64,000 bases of DNA, taken from contig CBDCEW010000105.1 in assembly GCA_965215885.1 (NCBI GenBank), forward strand, positions 1 to 64,000, in the 5' to 3' direction. The DNA is from Candidatus Moanibacter sp. (lineage in GTDB: Bacteria; Verrucomicrobiota; Verrucomicrobiia; Opitutales; UBA2987). This document shows, one piece after another, positions 20,894-30,876 of this stretch; the first letter of the stretch is position 1; every line of letters starts with the position of its first letter. Below the pieces are notes generated by a model, which was not told the origin of the DNA, did not search any database, and worked only from the letters and a program-made list of their open reading frames with translations. The position numbers and the translations under genes are program-made.

Positions 20894-22276
20894 ATGAAAG
20901 ACAAAAAATCTTACCAACTGAATCCTTCGATAGATCGTTTAACTCTGCGTCTGGTCCTGCCCGAAGAGCAGGAGCGATTCAATGATCTATTGAAACAACA
21001 TCATTATTTACACAGTGCGGGCAGCGCAGGAGAGACCCTGCGCTATGTGGCGCAGATCGACGGGCAATGGATGGGCCTGCTCTTGTGGGGGGCCGCATCC
21101 TACCGGCTGAAGGATCGAGACGAATGGATCGGGTGGGACGGGGCGCAACGGCATGCACGATTGAAACTGGTAGTACAGAACCGGCGTTTTCTGATTTTGC
21201 CCGGGGTGGATCTTGCAAATTTGGCCTCCAAGACGTTGGGTATGTGCCTGAGAGTCTTAGCCGATCACTGGCAGGAGGCTTTTGGCTATCGTCCCTTAGT
21301 AGCGGAAACGTTCGTGGACCCACAGATTCACCGGGGCACTTGCTACGAAGCGAGCGGGTGGACGCCCTTGGGCTTGAGCGCGGGATATGGCCGCCAACGC
21401 GAAGATTTCTATCAACGCCATGAGCGTCCCAAGCAGATCTGGGTCAAACCCCTCAAGGCTAATGCCCTTGAGCTTTTGCGCGCTTCAGGGCCATTGCCCG
21501 CGGCACAGAGCCAGGCGCTCAATGAAACCGATAACTCCCATGCGGTCTGCCTCAAAGTGGAACAGATGAGCAGCCTGTGGGAACGCTTCAATCAGATAGA
21601 AGACTTCCGTCGTAAAGCGGGCCTTAGATATCGGCTCGCCACGGTCCTGAGCATGATTGTGCTCGGCACGATGTGCGGCAAACAGACCCTCAAGGGCATC
21701 GTGCGCCTGGCCCATCATCTCAATCAAGCCCAATTGCGCGCCTTACGCTCCTGGAAAAACCCCAAAACAGGCCGCTATAAGGCCCCTTGCTATGATGTCT
21801 TCTATCGGGTCTTGCAAAACGTAAAGGCCGAGCTCTTCGATAAAACCCTCACCGAATTCATCTGCTTACAAGACGGCTGTTTGCCCCGCGATATTGCCGT
21901 CGACGGCAAGACCCTCAAAGGCACAAACACCGAAGAATCAAAGGCTCTGCACCTGGTGGCCGCAGTCGATCACCAAAGCGCTCAAACCTTAGCCCAAGTC
22001 GCTACCGCCGATAAATCCAACGAGATCACCGCCGCCCAGACTCTCTTGCGAAAGATGCCCATTTTGGACGGCTCCACCTTCACCTTCGACGCCATGCATA
22101 ATCAAAAAGAAACTGCCCACATCGTCGTCGAAGAACTCAGTGCTGACTATGTTATTCAAATTAAAGACAATCAGCCCAACATGCATCAATACGCTCAGAA
22201 TCTCTTCAGCTCCACCCCCTTTTTCTCCACCAAACCGTGGACAATGACCATGGCCGACTCGAAATACGTCAAATAG
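20894..22276 (+). CDS. DUF4338-ISAs1 transposase ORF1
   Basis: HHYL, RDEWIGW, RFLILP, ETFVD (DUF4338); AVDGKTLKG, KSNEITA, DAMHNQ, IKDNQP (ISAs1). Confidence 0.88.
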   Translation: MKDKKSYQLNPSIDRLTLRLVLPEEQERFNDLLKQHHYLHSAGSAGETLRYVAQIDGQWMGLLLWGAASYRLKDRDEWIGWDGAQRHARLKLVVQNRRFLILPGVDLANLASKTLGMCLRVLADHWQEAFGYRPLVAETFVDPQIHRGTCYEASGWTPLGLSAGYGRQREDFYQRHERPKQIWVKPLKANALELLRASGPLPAAQSQALNETDNSHAVCLKVEQMSSLWERFNQIEDFRRKAGLRYRLATVLSMIVLGTMCGKQTLKGIVRLAHHLNQAQLRALRSWKNPKTGRYKAPCYDVFYRVLQNVKAELFDKTLTEFICLQDGCLPRDIAVDGKTLKGTNTEESKALHLVAAVDHQSAQTLAQVATADKSNEITAAQTLLRKMPILDGSTFTFDAMHNQKETAHIVVEELSADYVIQIKDNQPNMHQYAQNLFSSTPFFSTKPWTMTMADSKYVK

Positions 22277-22523
22277 CAACCCATTCTCTAAGCGCTCCCT
22301 CTGCCGGCCTGCCCCATGCCCGCCAGTTCGCCTGTGTGCAACGCACCTTCCATTATCCAAACAAAGCTGAACCTTCCTCTGAACGCTCTTACTACGTAAG
22401 CAGTCTCGATCCCGCCGATTTGAGCCCTCAACAGTTCCTCTCGAAAATTCGCAACCATTGCTCGATCGAAAATAAAAATCATTACCCCAGGGATCGCTTC
22501 TTCGATGAAGATCGATGTATGAT

Positions 22524-23842
22524 CAGTACTGTCCGGTTATAAGTCAAACAACTCCAACTGTTTAGGAATGCGGTGTTCATTGAAAGTGTAATCGGTTTCT
22601 GTAAGTAGTTCAGTCATAGGAGTTTTCTCAAATAGGGTGAAGCTGAGAATCTGTAGGATTTTGTGCAAACTGATCTCCAGGCGAAGGCGTTTGCGGATGA
22701 TGGCGATGAGCACATAGACGCTGACGGCAATCCAGATTTGAGTCTTCACAGCATTCTCGGAGGTGCCGAAAAAGCTCTTGATGCGCAAGTGCTGTTTGAT
22801 CCATTTGAAGAACAATTCGATCTGCCAGCGTAAACGGTAAATCTGGGTGATGATTATGGCTGGGAGGGCAAACTGGTTGGTGAGAAACACGAAGCGCTCG
22901 GAACTGTCGGGGTCGAGGTAAGTGATACGCCGGAGTCTTTCGGGGTAGGCCTTGGCAGGATAGAAGCTGACCAGGGCAACGGTCTGGTCCGAACGCAGAC
23001 CGGTTGATTTGTCGACCTTTTGAGAGTAGAGGCGGCGAAACTGAAAGCCGCGGCGGGCGCGTGTGACGAAGAAAGAACCGCATTGTGCGATCCGATAGAG
23101 GCGCTCGTAATGCAGATAGGCTCGGTCCATTACATAGTAAGCACCGGCCTCGGGGATGATGAGATCCAGAATGTTTACGTCGTGAACTTTTCCATCGGTA
23201 ATCTCGATAAAATAAGGGATAGAGCCTCTGAGATCGAGAAGCGTATGGACCTTCACCGCCCCCTTGTGCTTGCGGAAACGTGCCCACGGGAAGAGTGATA
23301 GACATAGATCGATCGTGGTGGAGTCCAGAGCGTAGAGCGTATTGTCCAGGTCGATGCCCAGATCCTCGTTTGAATACAAAGGACGAGCCATTGCGATGAG
23401 GACCTGTGCAAAGTCGGCGTAGATGCGCCAGTCTCGTTTCTCGTTGGCATCGGCGAGCGTGCTTTTGGATACTCCGCTTCGAATCCCTGCGTGGTATAGT
23501 TTTGGTTGTACTGCCCGCAGGCAGGTTTCGATGTCGCGCAGACTCTCCCGGTAGGTCAACTCGGCAAAACCCATGCAGAGAAATTGTTCGAAGCAACTGA
23601 ACTTTTGAACTTTGTAGTCGCCTCCGTAGCGTTGGACGCAACGATGGAACTGATGGCGCGGAAGATAATCTATGATTTGAGAAAAAACGAATCGACCTGT
23701 ATACATGATTTGGACCCTCGAAATTTTTGAGAGTCCACAAGGCTTTTTGCAATTTCAAGTCGAAAACAGCAGAAATCATATGTAAAATGTTGGTTATCAA
23801 TCGATTAACCTGCGTTCCTAGAAAAACAACCGGACAGTAGTG
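22524..23842 (-). mobile_element. IS4-family element nested in ISAs1 copy A
   Basis: TIRs cagtactgtccggtt / aaccggacagtagtg; 9-bp TSD atgtatgat. Confidence 0.93.
22537..23706 (-). CDS. IS4 transposase (DUF4372 + DDE)
   Basis: ALDSTTIDL, MDRAY, YRLRWQIELFFKWIKQHL (YREK motif). Confidence 0.95.
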   Translation of the reverse strand: MYTGRFVFSQIIDYLPRHQFHRCVQRYGGDYKVQKFSCFEQFLCMGFAELTYRESLRDIETCLRAVQPKLYHAGIRSGVSKSTLADANEKRDWRIYADFAQVLIAMARPLYSNEDLGIDLDNTLYALDSTTIDLCLSLFPWARFRKHKGAVKVHTLLDLRGSIPYFIEITDGKVHDVNILDLIIPEAGAYYVMDRAYLHYERLYRIAQCGSFFVTRARRGFQFRRLYSQKVDKSTGLRSDQTVALVSFYPAKAYPERLRRITYLDPDSSERFVFLTNQFALPAIIITQIYRLRWQIELFFKWIKQHLRIKSFFGTSENAVKTQIWIAVSVYVLIAIIRKRLRLEISLHKILQILSFTLFEKTPMTELLTETDYTFNEHRIPKQLELFDL

Positions 23843-24214
23843 ATGTATGATCCGTAATCATAACGCAGCCAGAATTCTTGCTGCATGCAGGCAACTGGTT
23901 CTCAGCCTCAAGTCTTCCATGGGCGCTGAATCCACTCCCGCACTCTGTGATGATTTCGTCTTTAACTTACATAAGGCCATCAATATCATCACCTAATGCT
24001 CCGAGAATCAAAATACCGTGCCCGTACCTGAATAGCGTGTCTGATTGCTGCTTTATAGCAGTTGCATTCCAATCAAATCGGGGAGTAGAATTTGGAAATC
24101 TCATCCAGGAGATTTTCCCGGCTAAGCGCCCATACGGCCGGCAGACCGACCTTATCATACACCTCGGCAGGAATGGAATTGCGATTAATCCCTCGGGAAG
24201 ATTCTGGGTGAGCA

Positions 24215-25003
24215 ATGCGGGCTAGAAAGATGAACCTCAACGTCATAACCCGGCTCGGTGCGTTCGGCGTAAGAAGAATCAGATATCTGGGACGTTCCGG
24301 AATATTTCTCATCGACAGCCTGAGGTGCCTTTTCTCCCCGCCCCTCAAATGGGATCGGGTAGTTAAACAGGTCCAATTTATCGGTTGGCAATCCACCGGA
24401 CTCATCTGCCTGACCGGCGCCTTCACCGGAATGGTGCTCGCCTTGCAGGGCTATGACACTCTCAAGCGAGTCGGTTCGGAGGCGCTTCTCGGCCCCCTTG
24501 TCGCCCTCTCCCTTATTCGGGAATTGGGTCCCGTCCTGGCCGCTCTCTTAGTCACGGGGAGGGCAGGATCCGCCATCACCGCGGAGATCGCGATCATGAG
24601 AAATAACGAACAGATCGACGCCCTCGATCTTTTGGGGTTGAATCCTCTTCGATACCTCGTCGTTCCAAACATGGTCGCAGGTGTCATTTCCCTAACTATT
24701 CTTACCTGGCTATTCGATGTCGTGGGAATTTACGGTGGCTACCTCATCGGGGTCGAACTCCTCGATCTGCCTTCCGGAACCTATTTCGACGAAATTAGCC
24801 GCTACCTGGAAATGGAGGATATTCTCGGAGGCATCTACAAGTCACTCAGCTTCGGTTTGCTCATCACGTGGATCTGTTGCTACAAAGGCTATTATGCCGG
24901 TTTCGGCGCGGAGGGAGCCGGTAAGGCCACCACTCAAGCCGTCGTCACCTCTTCAGTCCTTATCCTAATCTGGGATTTCTTCGTCACTTCCCTCGTCTTT
25001 TAG
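24215..25003 (+). CDS. mlaE: MlaE-family ABC permease
   Basis: IRELGPVL..LLVTGRAGSAITAEI..M...EQIDAL. Confidence 0.92.
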   Translation: MRARKMNLNVITRLGAFGVRRIRYLGRSGIFLIDSLRCLFSPPLKWDRVVKQVQFIGWQSTGLICLTGAFTGMVLALQGYDTLKRVGSEALLGPLVALSLIRELGPVLAALLVTGRAGSAITAEIAIMRNNEQIDALDLLGLNPLRYLVVPNMVAGVISLTILTWLFDVVGIYGGYLIGVELLDLPSGTYFDEISRYLEMEDILGGIYKSLSFGLLITWICCYKGYYAGFGAEGAGKATTQAVVTSSVLILIWDFFVTSLVF

Positions 25004-25043
25004 TTCGTTTCCACCACTACACTATATTCCAACTCTCCCGCCC

Positions 25044-25790
25044 ATGATCGAAATCCACAATCTCCACAAGCAGCTTGCCGGCCAGGATGTCTTACGGGGC
25101 ATATCATTCACTGTCAAGCAGGGTGAGTTTTTCGCACTCATAGGCAAAAGCGGCTCGGGAAAAAGCGTCCTCCTGAAACATATCGCCGGGCTTGTGGAGC
25201 CGGATGAAGGGTGTGTTTTGATCGATGGTGAAAATCTCACCAATGCAAGGCGTAAAGATCTCGAGCGCATCCGGAAACGCTGCGGCTTCGTTTTTCAACA
25301 CGGCGCTCTATTCGATTCCATGACCGTTTACGAGAATCTGGCCTTCCCCCTTCGAGAGAATTCCCGCCTCAGCGACAAAGAGATTAGCGAAAAAATCGCT
25401 CACAGCCTCGAGCAAGTCGAGTTGACAGGCGTCGAATCGAAATTTCCCGCCCAGCTGAGCGGTGGAATGATCAAGCGCACAGCTCTTGCCCGGGCCCTTA
25501 TAATGGATCCTGAAATTATCTTATTCGACGAGCCCACCACCGGCCTCGATCCAATCATCGCGAGATCAATGTTGCGGCACTTCAAGCTGTGCCACGAACG
25601 TTTCAACCTTACCGGGATCATCGTCTCACACAAAGTTCCCGACATCTTCCGAATCGTTCAGAAAGTCGGCATGCTTCACCAGGGAGAGATTATCCTGGTC
25701 GACACAGAGAATGGGGAAGCCGTTTCAAATAACCCTGTATTTCAGCAGTTCGTCCAGGGCCGTGTCGAGGGCCCCGTCAATTACGAGTAA
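25044..25790 (+). CDS. mlaF: MlaF-family ABC ATPase
   Basis: GKSGSGKS, FQHGALFDSMTV, LSGGM, DEPTTGLDP. Confidence 0.92.
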   Translation: MIEIHNLHKQLAGQDVLRGISFTVKQGEFFALIGKSGSGKSVLLKHIAGLVEPDEGCVLIDGENLTNARRKDLERIRKRCGFVFQHGALFDSMTVYENLAFPLRENSRLSDKEISEKIAHSLEQVELTGVESKFPAQLSGGMIKRTALARALIMDPEIILFDEPTTGLDPIIARSMLRHFKLCHERFNLTGIIVSHKVPDIFRIVQKVGMLHQGEIILVDTENGEAVSNNPVFQQFVQGRVEGPVNYE

Positions 25791-25859
25791 TGCGGCGTCT
25801 CTCGAGCTTGCAGAAATCATCCTGACGCCGATATACTGCGAACAAACAATACAACCGGC

Positions 25860-26306
25860 ATGACACGAAAAACATTTTATTTCGAATTCACGGTCGGAGT
25901 CTTCCTCCTTATTGGCATCGCCTGCCTGGCCTACCTTAGCATCCGCCTCGCCAGAAAAGATTTGTTCAGTAGGAGTGGCTACCAGGTCTACGCCCTTTTT
26001 TCAAATATCAGCGGTCTCAGCTCGGGCTCGTCGGTAGAAATTGCGGGTGTCGAAATCGGACGCGTTAAGAGTATCGCTCTCGATGACTACAACGCACTGA
26101 TCATCATGGTTCTTGACCACCAGATTCAACTTCAGTCCGATGTTATTGCTTCGATAAAGACGAAGGGCCTTTTCGGCGAAAAATTCGTCGAGATCGTCCC
26201 CGGAGCCGAGGAAGAATTCATTCCGCCAGATGGAAGAATCCGTTACACGGAACCTGCCATGGATATCGAGAGTCTCATATCCAAGTTTGTCCACGGAGGG
26301 CTCTAG
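25860..26306 (+). CDS. mlaD: MlaD/MCE-domain protein
   Basis: N-terminal TM helix, SGL..GSSVEIAGVEIGRV, TKGLFGEKF. Confidence 0.92.
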   Translation: MTRKTFYFEFTVGVFLLIGIACLAYLSIRLARKDLFSRSGYQVYALFSNISGLSSGSSVEIAGVEIGRVKSIALDDYNALIIMVLDHQIQLQSDVIASIKTKGLFGEKFVEIVPGAEEEFIPPDGRIRYTEPAMDIESLISKFVHGGL

Positions 26307-26409
26307 GAATCTGTCGGACTTGTGCTTTCGCAACATTACCGAGGTTTAGATTCTGTGGCGACCAATGGTGTTCCGGCTTAGTTCATACGGACAGATTCCT
26401 TCGAAGAAA

Positions 26410-27045
26410 ATGAAACTGTCTCAATCTAAGACCTGCGGATTCCTAATCTTCGCTCTATCTCTTTTCATTCCGGTCCATTTTCTCCCTGCTGGAGCGCCCA
26501 CCGATCAGGTCCGTGAAACTATGGATAAGCTTATCACTATCCTCGAAGATCCCACGCTTGGCGTCACCCGGGAGGCGAATGTCAAAAGGGAACGCCTCAT
26601 CGAAACAGCCGACGAGCGAATTGATTGGTATTCCCTCTGCAAGAGTTCTCTGGGCCGGCACTGGAGAGGTAGAACACCTGAAGAAAAGAGTGCTTTTGTA
26701 TCCCTCCTCACCCAATACCTCGCTAAGAATTACGCCAACTCGATCATCAACAATTTCAGCGATATCAGAGAGATCATATACATCGACGAAAAGATTGACT
26801 GCGAGTTTGCGGCCGTCCGCATTAAGGCCGTCACCAACCAGAATATTGAATATCCTCTGGCCTACCGACTTAGAAGAAAATCCGATTCGCCGCAATGGGA
26901 AGTCTTTGATATTATCATTGAAGGCACAAGTATGGTTAAGAACTACCGAACCCAGTTTGACGATATCATCCGCAATTCCTCTTTCCAGGAGCTTATCGAA
27001 AGACTCAAAGAGAGGATTGCCGAACAACAGGTCACCTTGAAATAA
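26410..27045 (+). CDS. mlaC: MlaC/Ttg2D periplasmic phospholipid-binding protein
   Basis: Signal peptide, SLGRHW, WEVFDIIIEGTSMVKNYRTQF; operon context. Confidence 0.88.
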   Translation: MKLSQSKTCGFLIFALSLFIPVHFLPAGAPTDQVRETMDKLITILEDPTLGVTREANVKRERLIETADERIDWYSLCKSSLGRHWRGRTPEEKSAFVSLLTQYLAKNYANSIINNFSDIREIIYIDEKIDCEFAAVRIKAVTNQNIEYPLAYRLRRKSDSPQWEVFDIIIEGTSMVKNYRTQFDDIIRNSSFQELIERLKERIAEQQVTLK

Positions 27046-27085
27046 GCACCGCAGAAATGTTAGGAACGCTAAGTCCGACAGATTC

Positions 27086-28048
27086 CTAGGGCAGCAATAC
27101 TATTTTTCCGTAGGCCCCCGGTTCCATCACTGCCACATGGGCTTTAGGCGCCTCCCACAGCCTCAACTCTCTTCCAACAACCGGCTTCAAAGTGCCGTTA
27201 GACAGGCCGGCACCGAGCGCCGCATGGATGCTTTGCTTTTCCTCGGGCGTAGCTTTCGTCAGGATCATTCCTCGAATGTCTGCCTCGCGCGCCATCGTCT
27301 CGCGTGGATTGATCTCTATCGTTCCGCGGCATCCGATCACTACAATCCGACCTCGCTCCGCAAGCACACTCAGATCATTTGCCAGATTAACATCGGAAAG
27401 CATTTCCAGGATCACATCGACGCCGCCCCCATTCGTCACTTCCATCAATTCGTCAAGGTATCCTTGATCATTGTGATTTAGTACGTAATGCGCCCCTTGC
27501 TCTCGCACCAACTGCGCACCCCGCTTCGTTCCAGCGGTTCCAATTACCGTCATACCGTGGGCCACGCCCAGTTGCACCGCTGCCGTCCCTACTCCGCCGC
27601 TGGCCCCGTGAACCAGGAGCCTCTCACCGGGGCGCGACTCCCCGCGTTGATGTAGAGCGCGGTAGGCCGTACCGTAGGGAACGTGAATAGCAGCTCCCTC
27701 TTTGAACTGGATTCGATCGGGCAGCTGATAGACCTGGTCGGCACTGCACAGGATCATCTCCGCGTAAGCGCCCGAAACGGTGCCCGCCGTATAGACCCGG
27801 TCGCCCACAGAGGGGCCCATCCCTCCCTCACCCACCGCCTCGACGGTACCGGCCGCATCAGCCCCAGGAGTATAGGGTAAATTCGGTTTTGCGGCATAAG
27901 TTCCCGCGCGAATATAAGCATCCACCGGATTTACGCCCACCGCTTGAGCCCGCACCAGCACCTGTCCCTTGCCGACCTCGAGATCAGGCACTTCTTCCAA
28001 CCTCATAACTTCCGGCGGACCGAAATCACCGACAACTATCGCCTTCAT
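27086..28048 (-). CDS. NADPH:quinone reductase (zeta-crystallin/MDR family)
   Basis: GVNPVD, PYTPGAD, HGASGGVG, GKIVL. Confidence 0.92.
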   Translation of the reverse strand: MKAIVVGDFGPPEVMRLEEVPDLEVGKGQVLVRAQAVGVNPVDAYIRAGTYAAKPNLPYTPGADAAGTVEAVGEGGMGPSVGDRVYTAGTVSGAYAEMILCSADQVYQLPDRIQFKEGAAIHVPYGTAYRALHQRGESRPGERLLVHGASGGVGTAAVQLGVAHGMTVIGTAGTKRGAQLVREQGAHYVLNHNDQGYLDELMEVTNGGGVDVILEMLSDVNLANDLSVLAERGRIVVIGCRGTIEINPRETMAREADIRGMILTKATPEEKQSIHAALGAGLSNGTLKPVVGRELRLWEAPKAHVAVMEPGAYGKIVLLP

Positions 28049-28134
28049 CCCATTCTTACCATCGACCACTCTTCCACTTTGCAACTCTGCCACACAAGAG
28101 ATTTTCCACTGTGCACTGCTGATCCCGCTCAGCG

Positions 28135-29740
28135 CATACGCGTAAACCTTATTTTCGCAACTTAGTCAGATTCAAAGACTTGCGAGGTATTTTGCGGCGG
28201 AGTATGAGGGTGTCTCTATCCTCGAGGTTCCACTCCATTTGTTCGCCCTTTTCTATTTGCTTCGTTTCGACCACAGCGGTGAGGAAATTCGCAGTTGAGC
28301 GAGTGCATTTTGGTCGGGTTATCTTCTCTACTTTTACCGTCTACCCCATTTTTTTTCACTTTGGCAGCATTTTATACTGTACATTCGTTCATATATAGGA
28401 TTTATCCTTCGGATGCAAAGTATAAAAAAAGCTGATTGTATCCGTCAAACCTTCCGTAAGTTGAACCTCACAGCCCTCGCTAAACAGAGTGGTTTTAGAG
28501 AGAGGAAATCGCGCAAGATCTCCCCTCTGAACTTTGTTTTGGCTTTGCTGGCGATGGCTTCTAAGGGGGCCTTGTCCCTTGGCAAAGAAGCCGAGCTTAT
28601 TGGATTCTTAGCCAACCGCACCATTTCCAGACAAGCGGTCTAAAAGTGCGCCAAAAAAGCCACCGCTTTTATGACCTTAGTGCTCCTGAGGCTTTTAGAA
28701 CTTAAAGCTTATGGGCCTGTGGGCAGAGCTGTTCCAAATTGCATGAGGAGCTTTGAACGGGTTCTCATTGCCGACAGCACTTCGATTGGCTTGCCTAAGG
28801 TCCTGGCCCCCTTCTTCCCCGGAGCGTCCAATCAGACAGGCTCCAAACAGGCTCAACTGAAGATTCAGGCCTATTACGATCTGCGCAATGAATCCTTCGT
28901 TGACTTCAGCCTCAGTAGCTTCCGAAAAAACGATCAGGCTGCTTCCAAAGACATTCTCGCTCTCGCTCAACCCAACGACTTGATCCTGCGCGACTTAGGC
29001 TATTTTGTCCTCGATGTCTTTAAGCAACTCGATCAGCGCGGCTGCTTCTTTGTGAGTCGTTTGAAAACCGGCACTTGCCTTTTAGCCAACGAAGGCGATG
29101 AAGAGCTCGATCTACGCAAACTTTTACGTGGCCAAAAGCTTCTCGATATGCCCGTTCGGGTGGGTAAAAAAGCCAAGCTTCCGGTTCGTCTGATCGCCGT
29201 CAAACTCCCTCAGAAGGTGGCCCATAAACGCCGCCGCGAGCATAGACAAAACCGCGACAATAGACTTCGATATACCAGCCGCACCAGCTTCCTTCTCGGT
29301 TTCCAAATCTTTATTACAAACCTCCATCAGAAAGACTTTAGCCCTAAGCAGATTCTGAGCTTTTACGGGCTTCGCTGGCGCATCGAAATTTTCTTTAAGG
29401 CCTTTAAGCAACATCTTAATCTCGGTCAGGTCAAAGAGACTACTCCCTACCAGGTTGAGCTTCTTATCTACGCCCGTCTCATCCTCATTACCCACTTACT
29501 CAACTTCGTCTATGGTCCCCTTAGACACTATTCGAATACCAGTTTGTCCTCTCCTCTGAGTATCCTTAAATTCTCCTACTGGTTTGGCTTCTTTGCTCCC
29601 TACTTCTTCATCCTCTCTCACATTCCCAAAGATCAGATCATCCCCCGATGGCTCAAACAAATCCCCAAACACTGCACCTATGAAAAGCGTTCTTGACTTG
29701 ATTTCCTCTCTTGTTTCTTCTCCTTAGGTTAACGCAAATG
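28135..29740 (+). mobile_element. IS4-family element inserted in a REP-like palindrome
   Basis: TIRs catacgcgtaaacct / aggttaacgcaaatg; 9-bp TSD cgctcagcg. Confidence 0.9.
28413..29696 (+). pseudogene. IS4 transposase with in-frame TAA at 28641-28643
   Basis: ORFs 28413..28643 and 28671..29696 share a frame; ADST, RDLGYF, YGLRWRIEIFFK. Confidence 0.85.
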
Positions 29741-30876
29741 CGCTCAGCGGGACCAAGTCCCGGATTGCCGGGGTTCACTGCACACTGATTACTTCCTCTT
29801 CGCTCTCTTCAATCTCCTCTCCGCCCTTTTCATTTGAGCCTTCAGCTTCAAAATCTCTTTTTGGAGGGTCGCCTCCCTCTTAGCGGCCTTCAACCGATCG
29901 CGAAGACTTCCGATATCATACTAACGGCCTGCCAGCAGCTGCATCCGCCAGACATTGTAAGCGCCTCCCCGGTTTGATAGGAAGAAAATTACGCCCGGTT
30001 CCGTCGGAGACCAGGCCGGGCTGATATCATCGGAACCATTCTCGGTCAGCCTCTGAATGTTCGTCCCATCCCTCGTCATAAGGTATATATCGTTGTTAAT
30101 CCGCTCATTCTCATCCATTCCCCTGTCCGAAACAAAAAGGAGTCGGGAACCATCCGGACTGGGCGTCGGATTGAAACAGTTTGATTGCACGAAGCCCTCC
30201 TCTTGAATATAGGTACGTTCCAGTCGGCCGTTGGGACTGACCGAGAATATCTGCATCTTACCGTCATATTCCTCACGGACGAAAAATATGTGATTCAGAT
30301 CTGAGTGGTTGACATCAAATCCCGTAACCTGCAACTGAGTTGACAGCGACCCGTCAAAGTTCACCGTGCTGATCTGGGGGAGCGCTAAAGGGTAATTGGC
30401 TTCCTCCGAAACATAAACGAGCGGCCGGTTGCTGTTCGTATACGAGGGATTAAAATTGAAACTGGTATCCTGGGTAAGGCGAGCGATGCCGGAAGCAAAG
30501 CGATTCTCTTCAAGTTTTACTCGATAAATGTCAGGCTTATGGCGGCTGCTTCGATTCGACTGAAAAACGAGTATGTTTTTTCCGTCCAAACCAATGACCG
30601 GATTTGTATCAAGGAAGCGACCGCTCTGAGTTAGACGGGTAATGCCGCCGCTATCGTCCGCCGTTTGTTTGATGCTCATGTTTGACGTGTAAGGAGCATC
30701 TTCATCGCGACGCTCCGTAACACAAAAGATGATAGACTGTCCGTCCGGCGTAATCGTGTAGGAATTGAGACACCGGTTGCGCTGGTCCGGATTCTGATCG
30801 GCCCGCTTAAACTTGGTTACCGGTTTCAGATTGACGATAAATTGTGAAGCGCGTTCGGAAGAAGCGAGCATAGCCA

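Larger units (their letters stand above)
20799..24020 (+). mobile_element. ISAs1-family element with DUF4338 N-terminus, copy A, interrupted by an IS4
   Basis: TIRs cagggtaaaaggattc / gaatcaaaataccgtg; 10-bp TSD cccgtacctg (20789-20798, 24021-24030). Confidence 0.92.

Noticed and set aside
20894..22276. Druantia anti-phage system
   Set aside because: The DUF4338 domain lies inside an IS with TIRs and TSD; no other dru genes are seen.
22628..23800. 390-aa alternative-frame ORF over the IS4 transposase
   Set aside because: No recognisable motifs; shadow of the real CDS. The same applies to the recurring antisense ORFs in the IS copies.
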